NCBI GenBank assembly: GCA_037447605.1
Contig: CM074820.1
Coordinates: forward strand, 1,302,001-1,365,992
Origin: Zygnema circumcarinatum SAG 698-1b
Lineage: Eukaryota; Plantae; Zygnematophyceae
Reading direction: 5' to 3'
DNA: 63,992 nucleotides
A program made the translations under genes and the position numbers. The notes beneath the pieces were generated by a model. It was not told where the DNA came from, made no database searches, and was given only the letters and a program-made list of their open reading frames with translations. Numbering within the stretch: position 1 is the stretch's first letter; each line of letters starts with the position of its first letter. This document shows positions 14,474 to 25,745 of this stretch, piece after piece.

Positions 14474-17400
14474 TCATAAGGCGGCCCCTCCTCAACAGAG
14501 GGACCCTTATAAGAGCACACAGCCACACCCTCCCTCCGCCCCTTTGGCCACCTTCTGCACTCCAATCCTCTCTTGAAAAGCTTCCAGCTGCTGCACCACC
14601 TCATCAAACTCCGGTCGCTTTTCGGAGCTCCCTTGCCAGCATGCCTGCATTATGCTTGAAAGCTCTTCTGGAATCCATGCAGGTATTTCAGGGCGGAGAC
14701 CCTAAAACACAAACGTTTCACCATATGAGGTTTGTCAGCTGCGAGATGATGAGATCTGTCTACGTCAGGCTTCTGGAAGGAGGACATTTGAATAAAGCAG
14801 ACAATGGAAGAAGCGGGTAGCGAATAAGCTGCTGTGTGTAGTAGTGGGACAGAAGGGGGTGGATGACGACAGTGAAGTTCGTCTAAGGGGCTCAGTTACG
14901 AATGGTTTCAGTGTGAGTATGAAAAGTCTTACCGTTACATCTTCACCTATCAGGCAGTGCTTTCCTAAGAGCTGGTCACTGAAACGAGTTGAATGCAGAA
15001 GGACTGAAACCTGAACAATAAACCTGACTTCACTTGCCTTATTGACGACAGAATAGGCGAGCTGAACAAAAGTCAGGTTTCGAAAAGGATGATCCCCTGT
15101 CATAATCTCCCAGAACACAATGCCGAAGCTGTACACGTCGACTTTACGATCGTATGGCTTGTGATCGATAATCTGCAACAAAAGACCGGCGGAAGAAATG
15201 GGGCCAAAGTTGTATGATGTTAAACATCTCAGAGGGCGAAACGTAAGGCCGCAGAACATGCTAACACCACGCACTGAATAAGCACAGTTCCAGCACAATG
15301 CAAGCAATAGCAAATGAATATAGTTTTCAAGCATATACACCAAAGCAATGCAAGTTGTCTCTGCCACTCTTCGGCTCGCGAGTCATCACGTTATCCCTTT
15401 CCTTCTCATAATCCTCTTCCAAAGTTGCAAACTTCTCCCCTTCCTCCTCCTTCTTTCTTCTTCTTCTTCCTTCTCTTTCTTTTCTTCTTCTTCTTCCTTC
15501 TTCCTTCTTCTTCTTTCTTCTTTCTTTTCTTCTTTCTTTTCTTCTTTCTTTCTTTTTTCTACGGTGCCCTACACCTGTCCTATGACTCCCTTCACCTTAT
15601 CTGACCTTAGCTTTGAAAGCTTATAACAATTTTCTCCCCCTCACCTCCGGTGCCATCCATCGGACTGTTCCTGTTTCACATGTCATATCCACCGGATTCG
15701 CTGCCTCCATACGAGCAACCCCAAAGTCTGCGATCTTTGCGTTCGTTTGATGATCGAGAAGAATATTTTCAGACTTGAGATCCCGGTGCACAATTTTGAG
15801 GCTGTGCAAATATCTGCATGCATGACAGAAAGTCGGTCTAAGGGTGATCTTCCAGGACTTAGAATCATGGCAGCTTCTTTCGGATGTGGGCTTCAAGTCT
15901 GAGTGTGAGTTTGCTGCCTATACTCTCCAATAGGTTTGAGCATACTATAGTTTCCCAGCGGTTGGACTGGCTGATATGCTCCTACATAATGCATAATGCC
16001 CCTATAACTCAAACTCAGCTCAAACACGTAAAAACTGCGAGACAGAAATAGAGCCCCTCACACTCATAAAAAAACAGTGACCGACAGAAAATAAGCAGCC
16101 CAATGCTTCAACAACAGAACGCTGCCGAAATCACGAGGAAACACGCTTCCTCGTAGACCCACCTCGACCTTTTCCTCGAAATTTACTAGTTTTGTACATT
16201 GGGGGTTTGAAAGTTTTGATTGCGCACTGCAAACCTCTCGCCACATCCAATGCCAACTTGAGGGCTTGCTTTTGGGGCAAAGGAGTCCGCCTGTTGGTAA
16301 GATAAGTCTTAAGATTCCCCCCTGACATATACTCCGTCATTATCACCCACAAAGGCTGCCCCTCCCGGGGAAGTCCCTCCCGTGGTGCGCGAAGATTCTC
16401 GGCTTTCAGGGATGCTCCAATGAACTGCAGCCACGTGGCAGAGGCTACCGGCACCTCAGAAACTTTCTCAAATGCCATATGTGGGAGAGCAGGCGAAGAA
16501 GGAATGGCTTAGAGCAGTGCATGCAGGGAAGGGGAGCTGTACCTGGACCACATTTGGGTGCTTTAGAGTGTTCCAAACTGCAATCTCCTGCTTGAAGGCC
16601 AGCTTCAGATTATCCAGCTCCGCCGCAGACAGCTGTGCCGGAAACTTGCATACCTTCACAGCGACATCGTCGTTCTGGTACAGCCCATGAAACACGCTGC
16701 CAAAGGCTCCTGAACGGATCAAGGAACATCCCCACACATTATGTGAGGTTAAGGACGAACCGAGCCTTCACTCTATCCGTTTCTGTTCTTCTTGCTAAGA
16801 AGGAACATGATTAACTTTCTTGTTAAGAAGTTCCTAGAAAGAGACTTATAACTTCCTCTGCACGTGCGGCTTATGCTCTTCTGAAGTACAGATCTCAGAC
16901 AGCGAGGTTTAAGGCGCTGAACAATTCTAACAGAGAGAGAGAGGGGGTGAAGGCAGCACCTGCAGCCAGCAAGTTCGTGCATAGAACCTGTCTCCAAACC
17001 CGCAGCATTTCCCTATTTGCTGTCAGACAGAGCTATGCTCGTGGAGGTTTCCATTCATACAATTCATCACGTGTCGTTTAGGGGTTGCATTTGCGTATTG
17101 CCAATTTATGAAGGTATGAAGGCTTCGTCTTGGGACATCCAACCCACTTTCAATCATCCACAATCCATACGCTGCGAGTGAATGCGGGAAAAAATCGATT
17201 CACATACAGATACATAGTTCCCAAAAACAGATGCTTTGGATATCGCAATGAATTTAAAGAAAATTACCCTCAGAAAGTAGACTACGGTCATATTGCTTTC
17301 TCTAAAACACACTCATTGCCGGCATCCTCACCGTCGACATGTCAACCTCCCAAGCGTATGTCTCGTTCTCATTTATGTTTCGCCCCGAGTCGAGCACCTT

Positions 17401-17478
17401 CCCATTTGGTGATTCCTCCTTAATTTCCTTATCCAGATGGCTAAAGTTTGCCTGATCAGCTCTCACCATACCTGCCAT
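14474..17478 (-). CDS. Raf-like (group C7 / ATN1-like) MAPKKK; 7 coding exons (approx. 17478-17332, 16987-16960, 16709-16543, 16423-16233, 15809-15648, 15172-15038, 14701-14474)
   Basis: N-terminal MVRADQ motif typical of C7 Raf-like kinases; [52 protein letters not shown]...RPEF. Confidence 0.9.
15437..15560. repeat. (TTC)/(TTTC) polypyrimidine simple repeat in a kinase intron
   Basis: Direct reading. Confidence 0.9.
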
Positions 17479-19485
17479 CGGGTCCTGCAACCCAAGAATG
17501 GCCGAGATGTAATTTGTGCATATTCAGCCAGAAACAAGAGACTTCATGCATGGAAACCGTGCGTATTCTCTTTATAATTGCCAACGTTTGATGAGCCCAC
17601 TCTTCGAGGGCCAAAAGTGAACTGAATCCAAACGCTGCATAGCAATCTATAGAGACGAGTTGGGAGCTCCCAAAAAGCAAGTTCGAACCCTCTACATCTG
17701 CCATTGGATGGATACGTCCACTCCCCGTGCCTACACCCAGATTATGATAGCCGAAGCAAGAAGAAAGTGCCGTTTTCCAATTGAAAATAAGTAAACTATA
17801 AAAAGGGAGATGAAAACGCAATGGTTTTAAGGAACAACGTCCTACTTTTGAAGCGGTGAGCTGAGATTTCCTCTGCAAGGGAGTTATACTCCCCGTCCCC
17901 GACAAACAAATTGAACAATCTCTCAGCAATAAAATTCGGGAGCGAAGAATGCAGCAGCTCACCTCAGCATTGCTATTCGTGTGCCCATTGGCAGACTTCT
18001 GGAGCGACATTCGGAAATGCAGAGGATAAGTATCAATGTAGAGAAACAACAACGCTTCAAGACAGACTGGAAGGATTCCGAGTAGCCGAACTCTTCGGAG
18101 AACGGGAGCCTCAATTGAGGAGGGCGTCAGTCAGAAGATTGAAGCTGACAAAATGGCATAATAATCTGCGCAACCAATTGGAGCAACGGCAATGAGATGG
18201 GAGCAGCTGCAGGACAAGGGCGGAGGCAAAGGCACGAAGAGAAAAAATATGGCGGGAATCCCAAATCCTGAACGTTCATACAAGGTTTCGCAATGCTGCC
18301 CTGTAAGCCGAGCATCCTACTACCCGTATCCTCGAAATTTGGATGCCCTTATGAGCAAGAATAAAGAGCGCACACGTCTTATACATCTGATATTGTCCTG
18401 AAAAAATCACGAATGAAATTATGCATCCAAATTTCCCGCAAAAAGGAACTCCTGGACAATGTTCCATGGTGCAGAAGCAAAAATGCAGCAGCAGTACAGT
18501 ACCAAAAGAACCAGGTTCCATGCAGCCGCAACTCCCTTTAAGTTCAATACCGCATTCCTTGCTGTCTCCCACACCCTGCTCGCTCCCCCTCACCCCCCTC
18601 GCCTCTCAACCCTAATCGCCCCCCCGGCCGCCATAGCTGCCCTCCAAGCTTAGCCACAAGGGGAGGCAGGGAGGGGGGCGGGGGGGGTCACGGTGACACA
18701 CACGCGTGGGCCCTTGGATTGGTTCCGTACGGAAATGTCAGTTGACCTTGTACGGCAATCATAAGCGGCACCTGGCGGTGTGAAGCGACAAGACACGTGG
18801 CAGGGATGGGGACGCGGGTGTTCGTACGGTAAGGCGCATGGAGGCGTACGGATTAACCGAAACGTAGTAGCTGCGGCAACGGTGAAAACAAAAAAAGTCG
18901 TCGGTCAAGTTTTTGGCGAACCGACATGGTCACGATTTAAGGATCGGGCCGTCGCGGAAATGATTGGGTAAAAGTCAATGTAAAATCCGACAAAAAAGAA
19001 CCAAAATGAGAACAAAACAACCAGCTGGCCGTTTTGGATCTTTGTCCGGTTTCTGTACAGCAAAGATTCGCATATCGTACGGCACAGAGACATGTTTAAT
19101 TGCTGTACGGTCGTAAGGCCTGTGGATGGGATCCATGGATGTGGTGTGGATATCTGAAAAAAAAAAATGGATGGCCATAGGATTTGCTCCACGAGACCGT
19201 GCGCAAAATCACAGATACGGAGGAGTCAGGATGACGTCACGTCTAGTTTACGGTTCGCCGCTAGCGAACTTTCGGCTCACTTAGGATGGAAAATATAACG
19301 CAGTGGCGGTATTAAAATTCCAATAAAAAATTCTAGAAGTCAGGCCGTTTTATAAAACACTTTTAGAATGTCCGTACGGCTACACAGTCGTACAAAAGGC
19401 TCTCTGGCGGGGGAGCGCCAATTCGCCAACCGTACGACCGTAGGTGTGTTCAATGTCAACATTCGTACGGTCGTTATGAAAGTAG

Positions 19486-19766
19486 TAGGGGGAGTCAGAC
19501 CTTGACCAGCGCCAAACCAATTCCGCGAGCCCGTCGGGCCAATTCCACGTTGTACGGCAGGCCTTTTCCGCCAAAAGTGGACGTTCGACAGGCTCGGGCG
19601 CCGAGCCTGTATCTCATTTTTGTAACCTATTTCGAAGTACGGACGGGACAAGCAGGTTCGGGGGGAGCCACGGTTTCCGACCCGAATTCTGCAATCGAAA
19701 TCAATACCTTTGCGCCGGCGGAATCTTTCAATTCCGCGGGCGATGGTCAAGGTCTGACTCCCCCTA
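19486..19766. mobile_element. MITE, 281 bp, perfect 23-bp TIR
   Basis: TAGGGGGAGTCAGACCTTGACCA (19486-19508) and its exact reverse complement at 19744-19766. Confidence 0.8.
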
Positions 19767-20819
19767 TTTGAAAGCAAACGAAACCACACAAACACAAAGT
19801 GCTTACCAACTCTGAAACATTTAACGTTCTATTTCATACGTCATACCGTACGTCAATTCAAAGCACACTTTTTCTAGCAAGTCAAAGGGGAGGACAAGGA
19901 CAACCAAGATAAATCGTATCCGATCTACCGAATCCATAGGCCGTACACTGTCTCGATCCGAATCAGAATCGGATCCACCGGAGCGTGGGCCGCTGAGCGA
20001 ATCCCGGAGGGAATCTCCGTCCGGCGGTCCGTTCCGTCCTGCAGCGGCCCCGTCAGTGCCAGCCGGACCGTCCTTACAGCCCCAGTGGGCCAGCGACTGG
20101 CCACCTGTCGCTAGCGCGGGCTCTGACTTCGCTCCGCGGCCCGGCCCCTCGGAAAGGCGGAGCCGCCCGCAGCAGATCTGCCGTACGGGTCCGAAACCCG
20201 CCAGCCGCTGCCGCCTGTGCCGTACGACGCAACTGCAGAGAGCATGTGACGCGAGTCGCGCGACGTAGTCTGCGGACGCTTGCGGAGTTTTGTCAAACAA
20301 CATACAATGGCTCGTCCTCGGTTGGATGGCCAACGGTTGCGACCACGGGAAGTCATCGACAACCATTGGCAAGCTATAGTCGCATCCATTGGCAATGGTT
20401 GGAACCATTACCCAAATTTACTTCAAAAGTGATTGCTGACTGGGAGGCTCAACCTAAATCTAATCCTACTATAGAGACAAAGTGGCCTATGTGGTACAGT
20501 AATGATGATAAAATTGTCCTTTTTGAGCAAAGGTTAGAAAACTGTTTTAAAAGTTGACCAGATACAATTGAACAATTGGTTGACAACCATGGCAACCATT
20601 GGCGAAAGTTGGTTTGGTCCAGTAACAATGGCTGGCCGGTCCGCCGTTCAATGGTTGGCTAAGTTCGCCAATCTATGGTTGCAGGCATTGGTAGGGGCTT
20701 TTAGGGTTGTCCAAAGGTCCAAATTAACATCTATGAAGCCCAATATTCCCAGTTCCGTGAAACAAGTACAGTATCGCCTTCTCCGCCGCCTGTCACCGTT
20801 CCTTGTCGGACTGCCCGCC

Positions 20820-21066
20820 ACCGACCAAAACCCTCAGGGGTCAGAGGCTGCAGCCGCGAAGCCACCGACCTAGCACCGACCTATCACCGACCACTCGGCG
20901 GACTACCGACCAAAGCATAACAATGCACGATTGGCTGTTCGCACAAGCTGGCGTGGCATATTGCGGAGGCAGGCGGCTCTGACCGACCTATGTTGCGGCG
21001 GGTTCCGACCGACCTATGACGGGGTTCGACCGACCTATTATTGCCATCCCTAGCTCCGACCGACCA
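20820..21066 (+). repeat. ACCGACC motif array (9 copies)
   Basis: accgacc counted 9 times in ~250 bp, all on the same strand. Confidence 0.75.
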
Positions 21067-21127
21067 AAGCACGCGTTTGACGGTGCGGGCAGGCCCTCGT
21101 TCCGAGCGCTGGCGACGGCGCGCCGCA

Positions 21128-21285
21128 TGGGCATGGCGCGACCATAGAGGCGCGGGCTCGGGGGGGCATGGCGCGACCATAGAGGCGCGGGCTCGGGGGG
21201 GCATGGCATGGCATGGCATAGCATGGCATGGCAGGGCATGGCATGGCATGGCAGGGCATGACATGGCAGGGCATGACATGGCAGG
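21128..21285. repeat. Duplicated ~34-bp GC-rich unit followed by a (GGCAT)n pentamer array
   Basis: ggcatggcgcgaccatagaggcgcgggctcggggg x2, then ggcatggcatggcatagcatggcatggcagggcat... Confidence 0.85.
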
Positions 21286-22435
21286 GCTGTTAGTGTACAC
21301 TAGTTAGTGGTACATAAGTTTGTGGGAGCATGGGGCTGAAAGGCTAGGACTTGGCCCGAGTTCAGAGGTGTGCGGGAGACACCTAAGACACAAGTCACGA
21401 AAGACTTACCTTCGGAGCAAGGGATCTGAACGGCCGACTATGTGGAGGTTGAACGACGGGAAACCGTGCCGTGTGACGTGACAAGTGCTTGCAACACGAA
21501 GCGTTTGCTAGCGGGGTTTGTAGCCGCCTTTGCAGGCGAGGTATAAACTGAGTAGGAGAACATAGAGACTTTACCCCCCTTTAGGTGAAGCTTGCCGAAT
21601 GTGGTGAAGCATTCACAGCAGAAGGGCGGCAGACTTATAGTGGAGTAGAGATGCAGTAGAGCGGCTTTTGCTGCATACTTGTACGTCACATTGAAAGTTA
21701 AGAGTTTTAGGCCGTTCCTTCTTACTTTTCCTTTCTCTCTTCGATCTGTTCTTTCATCTCTGCCTGGGGCTTTTGTAATATTTCTGTGTGTGATATTGTG
21801 CTTCCGCTAAGGTGGCGTCTCTCGGCTAAAGGCGTAGAGGGATGTCCTCCTCAGAGGCATCCTCTAGAAGATCCGGAGGCCCCGCATCAAGAAGGGCATG
21901 CCTGGTCGATGGCGCGAGGGGTGGCGCTCTCAGCTCCTCTCGGTCCCGTTCCATGGGAAGGGAATGGAAGGGGCTTACTTTGGCCGAACAAGGAGAGTTT
22001 GGAACACGACATGGAAACACAAGAAATGTCCCTCTCGTGGAAATGTTTGCTTGTACTTGTATTTTTGAAGAAAAGTTCCGAAGATGCGGTTGAAGGCGGC
22101 CGTGACTTTCACAATAAGTTAGGGAAAAATCAGCGATCGTGCCTTCAAAAAGAACAAGTTCCTCAAAAACATCAATATGTTTCCAGGCACCCGTTTGCGG
22201 TTGAAATCCATTTCCTGCATGTGCAGCCTTCTGTAGGTTGAACCACTAATCTTGAGGGCAGGCGCCGTTTTTTATTTCCAGCAGCTCCACCGGGCGGCCT
22301 GGCTGGCCCATGCATGCCCAATCCTATGGTGCCCTTAAGTTCAGAGTGGAGAAACTTTGGCTCGGTGTGGGTGACACGCGAAACCACGAAGTAAAAGTAC
22401 ACCTCCGTACAGTACCGGGAAAGCAATTGATAAAT

Positions 22436-22590
22436 GCGATACGATACAGTCAACGTACTACGATCTATATATAGTCGATATAATTAAACCATTCGATACG
22501 ATACGATACTATACGATTAAACATGATACAATGCACACGATACATAACGATTTTGTTCGATACGATACAATATGATAGGATACGATACGG
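22436..22590. repeat. (CGATA)n degenerate pentamer array immediately upstream of the helicase gene
   Basis: cgatacgatac / gatacgatactatacgat blocks. Confidence 0.75.
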
Positions 22591-22628
22591 GTTTCGTCCT
22601 GCCTTTCCCCTCTTCCATGCAGCCCGCC

Positions 22629-25600
22629 ATGGCTACCGACCTCCCCGCAGCTCTTGCAGGAGCTCCTGGGAGCTCGGGCAGGGGAGGGCATTGTGGCCCT
22701 CAGGGCTCCACGCCCTCATGTCACCTCCGTTGGTCCTTGCAGCAGGGCAGAGTGGCTGGTTAGGGCCGTCAGCGTTGCACGAAGACAAGTTATTCAGTAT
22801 GAAGTCCTGCTCAAAGCTCGCAGGCCCTGTGGCCTGGGAGATTTCGGCTAAAGGACAGGTCATGTGGCGATGGGGGAAGAAGCAGTGCTCTCAGTTAGCT
22901 GTGCTACACAACCGCTGTGCAGGGCGCGAGTGCGCTGTGTCGCTGTGCAGGCCTCAAGGCGGCCTCTGCTTCCTCTCGTGTAAGGTGTCCCCTTCGGAAT
23001 TCTTAGGTCCTAGCGTTTGCTTGAGACAATCGTGCTTAGCACCGAGCTTCCAGTTTCGGAACGTGGGATTGCAAGAGCAGCAGGACATTTGGTCGAGGAG
23101 GTCCGATCGAAAGATAGGGTTAGGCTGGAAGGCGACCGATCCCTTTGACCGACCTTTTAGGGTGCAGAGCAGGCCCTCAGTTTGTACTGCGGCTTTACCC
23201 GCTGATGAGCGTGTCAGCAGAGCACATTTGGGCGACAGTGGGCGCAAGAGCATTCGCCAGTTTTCTTCGACTGCAGTGAGCCGTGGACATCTCATTTTGG
23301 ATGGTTTGAATGACGAGCAGCGGAAGGCTGTAGAAGCCCCGCCTGGTCCAATACGCATTGTAGCCGGGCCTGGTTCTGGAAAAACACGCGTCCTCACACA
23401 TAGAGTAGCACACCTAGTGCTCAACTTGAACGTTAAGCCGTCGCAGATTATGGTAAGCTCAGTCCACTGCTTTTTTACAATTCACTTTTTGTACTCTCCA
23501 AAAAAAATTGGAGAGTGGGGTTGACAGCTGTGTTGTACAGTTTTCCTTCTTTTTTAAATGCCTTTAAAAAGTGGAGGACTAGTAAGATTATCGCGCACCG
23601 ATTTTCTACCAATGCATAGTGGCTGAGGGGAGTCAATTCAGGATAAGTCGTGTCATTTCAGCTCTCTGTTCCTTCTTCCTGAGATTGTCCTGTGCAGTGC
23701 ATTACGTTCACCAACCGGGCAAAGAAGGAGGTGGAGAATCGTTTGTCTACGCTTCTCGGTGAAAACAAATTTCGGGAAATGTCGGTGAGCTATGGTTTGA
23801 ACTTCGCGTAGCAGATGGAGCGAGCTTCTTGGAGTGATTAATCTAACATTGTAATCTACTTCATGTTCAAGAGCTTCACATCTTCGTATATTTTTCTGAG
23901 TTTAGGGATTTTGACTGTGAACACAGAACTCAAACGAGTTTATCCATAATGCACCTGAGCACGTTTCTTTCTGAAGAGGGGGAACCAACATTGGGAAATG
24001 AAGCTGATTATGTCAAGTTCACTTCAAAGCATGTGCATCTCATTTATTTTCTTTCCATGACATTCATCACTTCATTTCTTAGTAAGCATGTGCCGGACGT
24101 GCTTTTGCAAATATGGCCAACGATGTGAAGGAATCAGTATCGCTGGCTTAGGGGCTGTTAGTGGTAACAGCTGGCGACCCCTCTGATGCCATCCTGCAGC
24201 TGAGGCCCAATAGGCAACAATCCAATGTAACCTGTTGAATGTTTTAGTCTTTGTTATGTGGAATGCTCGGGGCTTGTGTTCTTGGTCTAAGGAGAGATAC
24301 TGGTATGCTGTCAATATATAGGAAAGTACCTAAAAACCCTAAAACCCTACTGTAGGCTGGTTGATAAAACTAGAGAGAGGGATGGGTGTGACTTGTCACG
24401 TTTCCCCTTACGTTTCTAGAGCTCATTTTTGCTTTTTTCTTTTTCATATGGGGAAGTACATACGGAGTTCTCTCGGCTTTCCTCTTTTAACATGAAGTTC
24501 TTCTCAGTTGGCATTTCAAATCCCAACCTTTCATGCATGATTAATTGAAATTGACACTGCAGATCGGCACATTCCATTCAACTGCTGCGCGGATGCTGAG
24601 GCAGTCCATTGGGAACCTTCCCGAGTGTGGGCGTGATAGCAACTTTATAGTATATGACGATCAAGATTGTGTGAAATTGGCGAAGATGGTGGTAGAGGAG
24701 GTGAGAACTCTCGAACGGTTGAGGAACCACGAGTCAAAAAAAGGAAGAAGGGAAGAGATTGGTCAAGAAGGAAGGATGATGCTGAAAAAGGGCCGAAAGT
24801 AATATTTCAAAAGTGAGAGATGACGTTACTGTTTTTTATGCTAACCTTGCAAAACAATGCATAGACCAGCAGCAGACTTTGGTTGAAAGTGCTCTCTACA
24901 AGCACGAGGGAGCGATTTCAGATATTAAATCAACTAAGGTTATGGGCTTTGCAGGTCACGAGAATCAAGGACTTCAAAGAAGCAAATAAGGTGCTGGGTT
25001 TCATGTCACGCTGGAGAGAATTAAGACTGTCAAAATATGTTGCGGCCATGCGAAAGCGGTTATTTGATGGTGACATGATAACGGTGCAGAGTCAACTGAC
25101 TAAGTTGTTTGGAGGGCATGATCCTGAGAGGGTTTTGAAGTCTTACATGGTGAGTATGGATGTAACTCTGCCTTTGAATAAACTTGCTAGCCAGCTCTGA
25201 ACAGGCCGAATTCGAACCTTTCTCTTCAGTTCTATACATAGCCATTAATCTCATGAGCAACTGTAACGGGACCTCCTATTCATTCATTCAATGGGGGCCC
25301 TCTGTTCTTGGTGTCTTTTAACTTGATGTAAAACTTTGAAACAGAATCAAGTGTAGAATGATTTACCCCATCAATATTGGTGTGAGCGGAGGGGAAATTG
25401 AGTAACTTATGTCATAAATCCGACCTAGCCCAGCAGCCAATTTTATTTATAATGAATGTGCGGATGGTTGAGTTTTCCAGGCACATTTACAGGCCAACAA
25501 TGCTGTGGATTTCGATGATCTGCTTTTGTTGGTTGTTCAGCTTCTGCATGCTGCTCCGCTTGTTTTACAGGTGCCCCCCCAACTCTTGTGATCCAAATTA

Positions 25601-25713
25601 GGGTTTGAGATAAATGAGTACTTCGGGAACGGGGAAACCGGGGTCTCCCTATTTGTTTCCTCTTTGTTGAGGCATACAGGCTTGGGCTCTTCTTTATGTT
25701 CGCGCTTCGAAAA

Positions 25714-25745
<32 letters not shown>

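Noticed and set aside
16720-16760. U12-type or non-canonical intron in the kinase (TCCTTAAC branch-like sequence, no nearby AG)
   Set aside because: No RTATCCT donor was found, and a canonical 28-nt micro-exon plus the acceptor at 16710 explains the frame.
17456-18600. Long ORFs upstream of the kinase
   Set aside because: The composition is that of 5'-UTR/intron sequence; the conserved MVRADQ start lies downstream.
21400-22240. Minus-strand exons with GTAAGT donors
   Set aside because: No coherent spliced ORF or known motif; probably a TE or gene remnant.
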